NCBI GenBank assembly: GCA_021286985.1
Contig: JAJTBJ010000001.1
Span: 1 to 55,121, forward strand
Direction: 5' to 3'
Length of the DNA: 55,121 nucleotides
Origin: Propionibacteriales bacterium
GTDB lineage: Bacteria; Actinomycetota; Actinomycetes; Propionibacteriales; Propionibacteriaceae
Shown here: in pieces, positions 7,970-16,772 of the stretch
Layout: every line of letters starts with the position of its first letter
How positions within the stretch are numbered: the first letter of the stretch is position 1
The notes under the pieces: generated by a model
The model's input: only the letters and a program-made list of their open reading frames with translations
Databases searched by the model: none
Told to the model about the DNA's origin: nothing
Program-made: the position numbers and the translations under genes

Positions 7970-10498
7970 TCAGACCGACGCCTCCTGGGCAGTCGCCGGT
8001 TGCCCCACTTCGGCGCTCGGGCGCCGGCGCGGGTAGCCGAGCAGCAGCAACAGTGCGACCACGGCAGAGACCGCGCTGGCGCTGAAGATGCCGAAGAAGC
8101 CGGTGTTCAGCGTGCGCACGAACGTCTGCTCCAGCTGCGGGCCGCGGGCGTCGATCTCGGCCAGGTAGTTGCTCTTGGCCGTGTCGAACGCGCCAGGAAC
8201 GGCATCACGCAGGACGGTGAGTTTCCGGCTGGTGTCGGCCAGATCGGCCTGAGCGGTGACCAACTGGTTGCGGGCGCTGATCAGATCGGACCGGGACGTC
8301 TTCGCCGAGGAGAGTTTCGTCTCGATAGTGGCCAGTTGGCTGCTGAGTGTGGCGCGCTGGGCAGCCAATGCGGCGCGCTGCGCGGCCAAGGTCGCCCGCT
8401 GCTGCTTCAGGTCGGTCAGCTTTCCGGAGGCCTGATCGAGGGCGGCGTTGAGGCCGACCAGCTGCCCTTGGTAGCCGCCGATCTGACCGGTCTTGGCCGC
8501 GATCTGGCCCTGCAGAGCGGCCTGAAGAGTGGGGAACTGGGGGTCCGTCGGATCAAGCGCGGCCAGTTGCGTGTTGAGGTCGGCCAACTCGGCCTGCGCC
8601 GTGGCCAGTTGGGCCGTGGTCTGATCGATCTGCGCTTGCAGCCCACTGACGCCCTGACCGGCGCCGTCGACACCCTTGGCCATGCCGGCCAAAGCGGCGT
8701 CCATGCCGGTGATCGCCTTGGTCATCCCCGCGATGCCCGATCGCATTCCGGTGGCGGCCTTGTTCATGCCGTCGATTCCGGAGGAGACCCCGGTGATGGC
8801 CTTGGTCAGCTTCTTCTCCGCCGTCGACAGATCAGCGCTGGTGGTGGACAGGCTGTCGAGCCCGGTGTTCACGCCGTTGGTGATGTCGGCGATCACTGAC
8901 GGAGTCTGAGTGGCGAACTGACGCTCAGCCACCACCTTGGAACGCTCCACGATGTTGGTGACATCGGCGGTCTTGAGTAGTTCAACCAGGTCATCGGGCA
9001 GGGTGGCGCCGCTGGATGAGGTGGTGTCGATGTTGATCGTGGTCTGCGAGTTCAGGTCGGGGAACTCGACATTCTTCAGCTTGTCCTTCAGCTCCGGATC
9101 AGACTTCAACTCGTTGAACTTGGTTTGGAGTTCGGCCGCGTACGGCAGGGCCGGGGCGGAGATCTGGGACGGGAGCTGGGCGGTCAGATTGTCGGCCAGC
9201 TCGGTGCCAGCATGGGCCAGGAAACCCACCAGGAAGGCCGGGGCGATGGTGGTGCCGATCGATCGGATCAGCGAGAGCGTGGCCAGCGCCGAATTCGACT
9301 CCTCTGGCGGGGTCTGGGACAGCATCATGTAGTTGATCGGGGAGCCGACTACGAAGCCCAAACCGAGACCCATCAGGGCCAGGGTGATCAGCACGCTGGC
9401 CCACGACGGAGCCGGGATCGCCCAGAAGGCGCCTACCAAGGCGGCGATCACCGAGACCCCGAAGCCGGTGCCGACGACGACCTGCGGGCCGAAGCGGTCG
9501 GTGAGTTGGCCGGAAAGGGGAGCGCCGATGCCGGAGGCGAGCCCGAGCACGATCACGAAGTAGCCGCCGCTGCCGGTGGGAATGCGTAGAGCGTTCTCGG
9601 CGAACTGTGGGACGAAGACGACCCCCATCAAGATCATCCCCGACAGGAATGACAGCAGCAGGGTGACCAGGATGGGTCGGCGGGTGAAGTACGCCAGGTT
9701 GAGCACCGGATCCTCGGCCCGCCGCTCCACAGCGATGAGCACGGGAAGGAGCACCAGGAAGGCGAGCAGGAAGGGGTAGACCTCGACGCTGCGCAGACTG
9801 GTGCCGAGGTCGAAGTAGTCGATATTGCGCAGGCCGTACAACAGGCTGGTGACCATCGCGACCACCACGGCTATGCCGAGCAGATCGATCCGCGCCACGC
9901 TCTCGGCCTTGTGGTTGGGCAGAACCAGGACGCCCGCCACGATGATGAACAGGCTGATCGGAACGTTGACGTAGAAGATGTATTGCCAGTTGTGATCGCC
10001 GAAGATGTCCAGGATCAGGCTGCCGGCGCTGGAGCCGAAGATGTTGGCTACGCCGTACACGCCGCCGACCAGCCCCAACGCCAGGCCACGCTTCTCCTCG
10101 GGAACCGAGGTGCCGAACTCCGCGGTGGCGATCGGGACGATGCCGCCGCCACCAATGGCCTGAATAGCGCGGGCGGTGAGCAGCATGGAGAAACTGCCGA
10201 CGTCCTGGCTGAGCCCGGCCGCCAGTGAGCCCAGGCCGAACAGCGCGATGCTGATCAGGTAGATCGGCTTGCGGCCGAAGCGATCGGCGAGCTTGCCCAT
10301 CACCGGAATGGCTGCGGCGTAGGCGAGGGTGTAGATGGTGATCATCCAGATGCCGGTGGCGTCGTCGACCTTGAGGTCGTTCTGGACGATGGTGCGAGCC
10401 GGGGTGATGATGCCGGTGTCGATGGCACCCATGAAGATGCCCAGTAGGTACACGGCAAGCAAAGCGCCGAAGCGTTTCGGCGCTGACTGCTGCGTCAT
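7970..10498 (-). CDS. MFS transporter (DHA2/14-TMS type) with a large coiled-coil insert before the last TM helix
   Basis: Motif A GKLADRFGRK and GQLTDRFGP, ARAIQAIGGGG, WQYIFYVNVP, ERRAEDP; 842 aa. Confidence 0.9.
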   Translation of the reverse strand: MTQQSAPKRFGALLAVYLLGIFMGAIDTGIITPARTIVQNDLKVDDATGIWMITIYTLAYAAAIPVMGKLADRFGRKPIYLISIALFGLGSLAAGLSQDVGSFSMLLTARAIQAIGGGGIVPIATAEFGTSVPEEKRGLALGLVGGVYGVANIFGSSAGSLILDIFGDHNWQYIFYVNVPISLFIIVAGVLVLPNHKAESVARIDLLGIAVVVAMVTSLLYGLRNIDYFDLGTSLRSVEVYPFLLAFLVLLPVLIAVERRAEDPVLNLAYFTRRPILVTLLLSFLSGMILMGVVFVPQFAENALRIPTGSGGYFVIVLGLASGIGAPLSGQLTDRFGPQVVVGTGFGVSVIAALVGAFWAIPAPSWASVLITLALMGLGLGFVVGSPINYMMLSQTPPEESNSALATLSLIRSIGTTIAPAFLVGFLAHAGTELADNLTAQLPSQISAPALPYAAELQTKFNELKSDPELKDKLKNVEFPDLNSQTTINIDTTSSSGATLPDDLVELLKTADVTNIVERSKVVAERQFATQTPSVIADITNGVNTGLDSLSTTSADLSTAEKKLTKAITGVSSGIDGMNKAATGMRSGIAGMTKAITGMDAALAGMAKGVDGAGQGVSGLQAQIDQTTAQLATAQAELADLNTQLAALDPTDPQFPTLQAALQGQIAAKTGQIGGYQGQLVGLNAALDQASGKLTDLKQQRATLAAQRAALAAQRATLSSQLATIETKLSSAKTSRSDLISARNQLVTAQADLADTSRKLTVLRDAVPGAFDTAKSNYLAEIDARGPQLEQTFVRTLNTGFFGIFSASAVSAVVALLLLLGYPRRRPSAEVGQPATAQEASV

Positions 10499-10587
10499 CG
10501 GTGACTCCTCTGCAAACTCTTAGCAGAAGGCTAACCATAAAACGGGGCTGTCGTATTCCCAACCGTGGCGTTTCGGCGAGATCCGAT

Positions 10588-11352
10588 TCAGCTGATCTGC
10601 TGCCCGGCCTCCAGGTAGAGGGTGCGCCCTTGCTGGCGAGCAGCGAGCGCCGCGCGGAGGCGGCCCTGGGCGAAGGGGGCCATAGTGGCCACCGCGTCCT
10701 CAGCCGACAGCCAGTGCGCGGCGCGGATCTCCCGGCCGTCCGGCACCAGCGACGCCGGGTCGAAACAAGTGCCGCCGTCGAAGACCAGCTCCACGGCGTC
10801 CTCCCAACCCAGATATGGGGCTAGCCAGTCCACCACCAGCAGCGGCCCGACGGATACGGCGATCCCTACTTCTTCCTCCGACTCTCGCAGGACGGCCTCG
10901 CGCGGGCTCTCACCCGGCTCGACGATGCCGCCGGGAAGCTCGAAATCGGGTTTGAAGGTGGTCTCCAGTACGCACACTCGCTGGTGTTCATCGGTCAGCA
11001 GCAGATGGGCGATCACGCGTTTGCGGGCGGTGACGGTGTTCATCACTGCGGTGAAGGCGTGCCGATCATCGACGCTGTCAGCCCGCAACAGCGCGTAGTG
11101 GCATTGGTCGCCGCCGCCGGGAAGCCGGTCGCGCAGGACGCCGTCCAGCCGGAACCCGGCGCGGTGCAGGGCCCGCCGTAGCGGCCAATCCTCGGCCGAG
11201 ACCAGCGTCTCCACCCGCCGGACGTCCGGGGCGGCGAACGCCGCGGTGCGGGCCTCCTGCAGCAATGCGTCCAGGTCGGGATCGTTCACGACCCCGATGG
11301 CATCAAGCAACGCCACCCCGTCGCGGATGCTGAGCTCGACCGACGGGCTCAA
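10588..11352 (-). CDS. Nudix hydrolase fused to an N-terminal partial GNAT (RimJ/RimL)-like segment
   Basis: Nudix box GIVEPGESPREAVLRESEEEVG; N-terminal RRVETLV...RRALHRAGFRLDGVLRD. TTG start overlaps the glgB stop (TTGA). Confidence 0.85.
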   Translation of the reverse strand: MSPSVELSIRDGVALLDAIGVVNDPDLDALLQEARTAAFAAPDVRRVETLVSAEDWPLRRALHRAGFRLDGVLRDRLPGGGDQCHYALLRADSVDDRHAFTAVMNTVTARKRVIAHLLLTDEHQRVCVLETTFKPDFELPGGIVEPGESPREAVLRESEEEVGIAVSVGPLLVVDWLAPYLGWEDAVELVFDGGTCFDPASLVPDGREIRAAHWLSAEDAVATMAPFAQGRLRAALAARQQGRTLYLEAGQQIS

Positions 11353-13250
11353 GACTGCTCCGCTGCCTTGGTGAAGTACACCGCCGCCAACGGCGGCACC
11401 ACGATGGTCGCACTCGCCGGGAAGCCGTTGTGGGGCTCGGCCTCAGCGATCACCTCTCCGAGATTGCCGAAGTTGTCGGTGCCGTCGTAGATCCCGGAAT
11501 CGGAGTTGAACACCTCGGTCCAGGTGCCGGTGGCCGGCAGGCCGATCCGGTAGCCGGTCCACGGCTCGGAGGAGAAGTTGATCACTGCTGCCAACTGATT
11601 GCCCGAAGCGTCGACTCGCACCCAGGAGAAGGTGTTGCCCGAGGAATCGTCGGCGTTGATCCAGCGGAAGCCGTCCGGCGAGCTGTCCAGCTCCCACAAG
11701 GCCGGATGCGCTCGGTAGAGCGCGTTGAGGTCGGTGAACATTCGCTGCAGGCCGTGGTGGCCCCACAGGTCGGACACCCACCACTCCAGGCTGACGGCCT
11801 CGTTGAACTCGCTGCGCTGGCCGAACTCGCAGCCGGCGAAGATCAGCTTCTTGCCGGGGAAGGCCCACATGAACGAGTAGAACGCGCGCAACGTGGCGAA
11901 CTGACGCCAGGCGTCCTGAGGCACCTTGTTGATCATCGACCCCTTGCCGTGCACCACCTCGTCGTGCGAGATCGGCAGCACGTAGTTCTCCGAGTAGGCG
12001 TAGACCATGGCGAAGGTCATCAGGTTGTGGTGGTACTGCCGGTTGATCGGCTCCTCGTGCAGGTAGCGCAGCGAGTCGTTCATCCAGCCCATGTTCCACT
12101 TGAAGCCGAAGCCGAGCCCGCCGTCGTGGACGGGCTTGGTGACGCCGGGGAACGAGGTGGATTCTTCAGCGATCATCACGACGCCGGGCACCCGCTCATA
12201 GAGGTGTTTGTTCACATAGCGCAGGAAGTCGATGGCCTCCAGATTCTCCCGGCCGCCGTAGATATTGGGCACCCACTCACCTTCGTCGCGGGAATAGTCG
12301 AGATAGAGCATCGAGGCGACCGCGTCGACCCGCAGCGCGTCGATGTGGAACTCGGTCACCCAGTACAAGGCGTTGGACACCAGGAACGACTTCACCTCAT
12401 TGCGGCCGTAGTTGAAGATGTAGGTGCCCCAGTCCTTGTGCTCGCCTTGGCGGGGGTCGGCGTGCTCGTACAAGGCGGTGCCGTCGAAGCGGCCCAGCGC
12501 CCACTCGTCCTTGGGGAAGTGGCCGGGGACCCAGTCGAGGATCACCCCGATGCCGGCCTGGTGCAGCCGATCGACCAGGTAGCGGAATTCGTCGGGACGG
12601 CCCAGCCGTGACTGCGGTGCGAAGTAGTTGGTCACCTGGTAGCCCCAGCTGGGTTCGAAGGGGTGCTCAGTGACGGGCATGAACTCCACATGGGTGAAGC
12701 CGGCCCAGGAGACGTACTCGACCAGTTCGTCGGCCAACTCCAGATAGGTCTTGCCCTTGCGCCAGGAACCCAGGTGCACTTCGTAGACGCTCATCGGTTC
12801 GGCATGCGGACGGGACTGGGCACGCTTGTCCATCCACTCCTGGTCGCCCCAGGCGAACTTCGAGGTGTAGACGATCGAGGAGTTCGCCGGTGCCTGCTCG
12901 GCGAAGAAGGCCATCGGATCGACCTTCTCTCGCCAGACGCCGTCGCCGCCGAGGATGTTGTACTTGTACATCGCGCCCTCGCCGACACCCTCGACGAACA
13001 GCGCCCACACCCCCGATCCGGGCACCAGCTGCATCGAGTCGCCGGTCCACCAGTTGAAGTCGGCGTTGATTCGCACCTCGCGGGCGTTCGGCGCCCACAC
13101 TGCGAACCGGGTGCCGTGCACCTCTCCGCGCTCGTCGTCGAAAACGGTGACCTCATGGGCGCCCAGGCGGCGCCAGCATTCGGTGTCGCCACCGCCGTGG
13201 AAGCCCTCCAGGTCCCAGCCGGTCAGCCCACCATGGGGATCATGTGCCAT
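11349..13250 (-). CDS. glgB: 1,4-alpha-glucan branching enzyme
   Basis: FAVWAPNA, YEVHLGSW, SWGYQVT, LRVDAVASMLYLDYSR, IAEESTS, LPISHDEVVHGK. Confidence 0.97.
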   Translation of the reverse strand: MAHDPHGGLTGWDLEGFHGGGDTECWRRLGAHEVTVFDDERGEVHGTRFAVWAPNAREVRINADFNWWTGDSMQLVPGSGVWALFVEGVGEGAMYKYNILGGDGVWREKVDPMAFFAEQAPANSSIVYTSKFAWGDQEWMDKRAQSRPHAEPMSVYEVHLGSWRKGKTYLELADELVEYVSWAGFTHVEFMPVTEHPFEPSWGYQVTNYFAPQSRLGRPDEFRYLVDRLHQAGIGVILDWVPGHFPKDEWALGRFDGTALYEHADPRQGEHKDWGTYIFNYGRNEVKSFLVSNALYWVTEFHIDALRVDAVASMLYLDYSRDEGEWVPNIYGGRENLEAIDFLRYVNKHLYERVPGVVMIAEESTSFPGVTKPVHDGGLGFGFKWNMGWMNDSLRYLHEEPINRQYHHNLMTFAMVYAYSENYVLPISHDEVVHGKGSMINKVPQDAWRQFATLRAFYSFMWAFPGKKLIFAGCEFGQRSEFNEAVSLEWWVSDLWGHHGLQRMFTDLNALYRAHPALWELDSSPDGFRWINADDSSGNTFSWVRVDASGNQLAAVINFSSEPWTGYRIGLPATGTWTEVFNSDSGIYDGTDNFGNLGEVIAEAEPHNGFPASATIVVPPLAAVYFTKAAEQS

Positions 13251-13261
13251 CGAGGTCTCCT

Positions 13262-14521
13262 CTACTCGTTCTCCCGGCCGAGGCCGGTGAGTTCATCTTG
13301 GACTGTTTGCAGCGGGATGTGGACCCATTCGGGCCGGTTGGCGGCTTCGTAACGCACTTCGTAGACGGCCTTGTCCAGCACGTAGGCGCGTAGCAGGTCG
13401 TGCGGAACCGGCTCGCCGTCGGCATAGCCATCGAGGAAGGCAGCCGACGCCTGCGCAGTCCAGGCCCGCACGGCGGGGGATTCGGGATGAGTCTGGGCAC
13501 CGCGCACGTAGTCGAAACTGCGCAGCGCCCCGGCGACGTCGCGCCACCCCGAGTCAGGGCGGTTGCGCTCGGCCACGGGCACCAGCGGCTCACCCTCGAA
13601 GTCGATCAGAACCCAGCCGGCCTCGGCTCCGCGATACAGCGCCTGGCCAAGGTGGAAGTCGCCGTGAATCTGATGCACCACGACGGCGTGATCGGCGACC
13701 GCGGCGAATGCCGCTGTCAGCTCATCAGCGAGCGCAGCGATGGCTGGCAGCTCGGCCGCCGCCTGCTGCAGCCGTTCGGCCATGGCCGCAGCCAACCGGT
13801 CGCCAGGGACCGAGGTTGCTCCCGGATCATCGCCGGTGGCCTGCGCCAGGCGGCGGTGGACGGTCCGCAGCGCTCGGCCCAGGGCCGCTGCCGGGTCGCG
13901 GAAGTCGCGGCCCTCACGGCAGGCCGCGGTCGCCAATTGCCAGCCATCACCGACGGAGGAGATGAATTCCATCACCACCCCACTCAATGCGTGAGGCTCG
14001 GTCCACGTGGTGCCGAAGACTCGGGGGGTGACCCCGGTGTCGGCCAGCCGCTCCAGCAGTGCTACTTCACGCTCGCCGCCGGGCTGGGGGCGCCGCAGCA
14101 CCTTGAACAACGCGTTGTCGGCGATCCGGACGCTGCTGTTGGACTGTTCCACCCCCAGCGGCTGTGGGCGGGTCCAGACCTCGACGACAGGGTCGAGCGG
14201 GACGCCGGCCAGGTAGGCGGCGAACGCGTCCGGATCGGTGGTGGCATCGCTGAGGGAGACCTGGCCCAATTCGGGGAGGTCGACGACCGCCAGACTGAGC
14301 CCGGGCACGCCTTCTGGTCGGTAGGCCGAGACCAGGTGGTAAGTCTCGGCGCCACCGTCGGTGTAGGTGACCTCGGCCAACTCTTCCCGAACCGCCGGCC
14401 ACGCCCCGACGGGGGTCGCCCACGGCAGCGGCCGCACGGCGACATCGGCGATCGTCCGGCTCTTGCCGGCGAACCATCGCATCCGCGGCAGCAGGCGTCG
14501 CCAGACGCCGGAGGTGGGCAT
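13262..14521 (-). CDS. mak: maltokinase (Pep2/Mak)
   Basis: RWFAGK, EQSNSS, IHGDFHLGQ, LIDFEGEP, RDVAGALRSFDY; located between glgE and glgB. Confidence 0.88.
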   Translation of the reverse strand: MPTSGVWRRLLPRMRWFAGKSRTIADVAVRPLPWATPVGAWPAVREELAEVTYTDGGAETYHLVSAYRPEGVPGLSLAVVDLPELGQVSLSDATTDPDAFAAYLAGVPLDPVVEVWTRPQPLGVEQSNSSVRIADNALFKVLRRPQPGGEREVALLERLADTGVTPRVFGTTWTEPHALSGVVMEFISSVGDGWQLATAACREGRDFRDPAAALGRALRTVHRRLAQATGDDPGATSVPGDRLAAAMAERLQQAAAELPAIAALADELTAAFAAVADHAVVVHQIHGDFHLGQALYRGAEAGWVLIDFEGEPLVPVAERNRPDSGWRDVAGALRSFDYVRGAQTHPESPAVRAWTAQASAAFLDGYADGEPVPHDLLRAYVLDKAVYEVRYEAANRPEWVHIPLQTVQDELTGLGRENE

Positions 14522-14526
14522 GGACG

Positions 14527-16626
14527 TCAGCTTCGAACGACGTGCAGGACGTGCGCCGGGTTGGCCGGTGCGAGGCGGACGAAGTTGTCGTAGCCCCAGG
14601 TGAAGGAGTGGCCGGTGAGTTCGTCGCGCACCTGCACCGGCCCCGGAGCCAGGCCCAGAGCGGCGTAGTCGAGCTTCACCACGGTCTCGACCGTCTGGTC
14701 GGGATTCAGGCTGCAGACCACGATCACCGTGTCGTCGCCGTCGATCTTGACGAAGGCGAGGATGTCGTCGTTGGGGGCATCGAGGAAGTGAATCCGCCGC
14801 AGCTGCTGCAGCGCCGGATGCTCGCGTCTGATCTGGTTCAGTCGCCCGAGCAGCAGATTCAGGTTGGGTTCGGCGCTGTAGTCACGCGGCCGGTACTCGT
14901 ACTTCTCCGAGTCGAGATACTCCTCGCCGCCGACCTTGAGCGGGGCATGCTCGAACAACTCGAAGCCGGAGTACACCCCCCAGGCCGGCGACAGCGTGGC
15001 TGCCAGCACGGCACGAATGGCGAACGCGGCCGGGTTTCCCGACTGCAGGAAGGTCGGGTTGATGTCGGGGGTGTTGACGAAGAAGTTCGGCCGGAAGAAG
15101 GAATCGGTCTGGCCGGACAGCTCAGTGAGGTACTCGGTGAGCTCGGCCTTGGTGTTGCGCCACGTGAAGTAGGTGTAGCTGGAGTGGAAACCCACCTTGC
15201 CCAGGGCATGCATCATCTCCGGCCGAGTGAACGCTTCGGCCAAGAACAGCACGTCCGGATCGGATTGGCGCAGCTGCTCGATGATCCAGGCCCAGAACTG
15301 CACCGGCTTGGTGTGCGGGTTGTCGACGCGGAAGATCTTCACCCCGTGAGAGATCCACAGCTTCAGGATCCGCAGCACCTCGTGGTAGATGCCGGCCGGA
15401 TCGTTGTCGAAGTTGATCGGGTAGATGTCCTGATACTTCTTCGGCGGATTCTCCGCGTAGGCGATGGTGCCGTCAGCGCGGGTGGTGAACCACTCCGGGT
15501 GGCTGGTCACCCACGGGTGGTCCGGGGATGCCTGGAGGGCGAAGTCGAGGGCGACTTCGAGGCCGAGCTCACCTGCTTTGGCGATGAACCGGTCGAACGA
15601 GTCCCAGTCGCCAAGGTCGGGATGGATCGCATCGTGACCGCCCTTGGCCGAGCCGATCGCCCACGGTGATCCGGGATCGCCGGCCTCGGGGGTCAGGGTG
15701 TTGTTGCGGCCTTTACGGAAGGCGCTGCCGATCGGATGAATCGGTGGCAGGTAGATCACGTCGAAGCCCATCGCGGCCACTTCTTCCAGCCGCTGGTGGC
15801 AACTGTCGAAAGTCCCCGACGTCCACTTCTTCGCCCGGGGGGCCTTGGTCGCACCGATCGAGCGGGGGAAGAACTCGTACCAGCTGGCGAACAGGGCCTC
15901 GCGCCGGTCGACGAAGATCTCGAAGTCGGCGGTGGGGGAGACCAGCTCCCGCGGTCCGTGGACGCGCATGGCCGACGCGATCCCGGACGCGGTCACGGCG
16001 TCGAGCAGGTCTCCTGCCGGACGTTCGGGCAGCAGCAGGAGGGCGGTGGCCTGCAGCACGGAGGCCTGGACGGCATCGCCGGCGGCGGCCGCGTCCGAGG
16101 CGGCGGCGTCGAGCAGCAGGCGGCCCTCGGTGCACACCAGCTCGATATCGATGCCGGCGGGCAGCTTCACCTCGGCGTGATGCAGCCAGGTCGCCCACGG
16201 ATCAGACCAGCCTTCGATCCGGAAGCGCCAGCGACCCGGCTGATCGAGGCGCACCCAGGTCTCCCACGGATCGAGTCCGCGGGGCTCGATGGCGGTGAGG
16301 TCGGTGCGGTGCTCGACGCCAGTGGGATCGGTGAGGATCACGGAGGCATTCACCGCATCGTGACCCTCCCGGAAAACCTTGGCCCGGATCGGGATGAGCT
16401 CACCGACCACGGCCTTGGCCGGGTAGGCGCCCCCCTCGATCACCGGGCTCACGGCCCGAACAGGAATGCGACCGAAGCCGCGGGCGATGGTCAACGGCAG
16501 GGTCAGCTCGAAGGCCGGCGTGGACTCAGCCGGGGCAAGGGTCTTGGCCGCGGCGCGCGGCGCGGGTGGCCGGTCGTCCTTGGCCGGTGCCGGTCGCGTA
16601 CGGGGCGGTCGGGGTTTGGCGCTCAC
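14527..16626 (-). CDS. glgE: alpha-1,4-glucan:maltose-1-phosphate maltosyltransferase
   Basis: GRIP...YPAKAVVGE, WYEFFPRS, YAENPPKKYQDIYP, FRVDNPHTKP, FLAEAFTRP. Confidence 0.97.
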   Translation of the reverse strand: MSAKPRPPRTRPAPAKDDRPPAPRAAAKTLAPAESTPAFELTLPLTIARGFGRIPVRAVSPVIEGGAYPAKAVVGELIPIRAKVFREGHDAVNASVILTDPTGVEHRTDLTAIEPRGLDPWETWVRLDQPGRWRFRIEGWSDPWATWLHHAEVKLPAGIDIELVCTEGRLLLDAAASDAAAAGDAVQASVLQATALLLLPERPAGDLLDAVTASGIASAMRVHGPRELVSPTADFEIFVDRREALFASWYEFFPRSIGATKAPRAKKWTSGTFDSCHQRLEEVAAMGFDVIYLPPIHPIGSAFRKGRNNTLTPEAGDPGSPWAIGSAKGGHDAIHPDLGDWDSFDRFIAKAGELGLEVALDFALQASPDHPWVTSHPEWFTTRADGTIAYAENPPKKYQDIYPINFDNDPAGIYHEVLRILKLWISHGVKIFRVDNPHTKPVQFWAWIIEQLRQSDPDVLFLAEAFTRPEMMHALGKVGFHSSYTYFTWRNTKAELTEYLTELSGQTDSFFRPNFFVNTPDINPTFLQSGNPAAFAIRAVLAATLSPAWGVYSGFELFEHAPLKVGGEEYLDSEKYEYRPRDYSAEPNLNLLLGRLNQIRREHPALQQLRRIHFLDAPNDDILAFVKIDGDDTVIVVCSLNPDQTVETVVKLDYAALGLAPGPVQVRDELTGHSFTWGYDNFVRLAPANPAHVLHVVRS

Positions 16627-16689
16627 AAGCCCAAACTAGCGGTTTGTCGAGTCCTGTGGGCCGGTGCCCGTCACTTCGGCGGTATCTCT

Positions 16690-16766
16690 ACGCCGCTGGT
16701 CGCGTCGGTCGAAACCTGGCGCCTTCGGGACGGGTTTCGACACACTCCCTGCTCGACCAGCGGTGT
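16690..16766. repeat. intergenic nested inverted repeat (REP-like palindromic element)
   Basis: CCGCTGGTCG (16693-16702) pairs with CGACCAGCGG (16754-16763); GTCGAAACC (16708-16716) pairs with GGTTTCGAC (16733-16741). Confidence 0.7.
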
Positions 16767-16772
16767 GTCCGG

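Noticed and set aside
8345-8410. 21-nt tandem repeats as a VNTR or CRISPR-like array
   Set aside because: They are degenerate in-frame heptad codons inside the MFS coiled coil, with no spacers.
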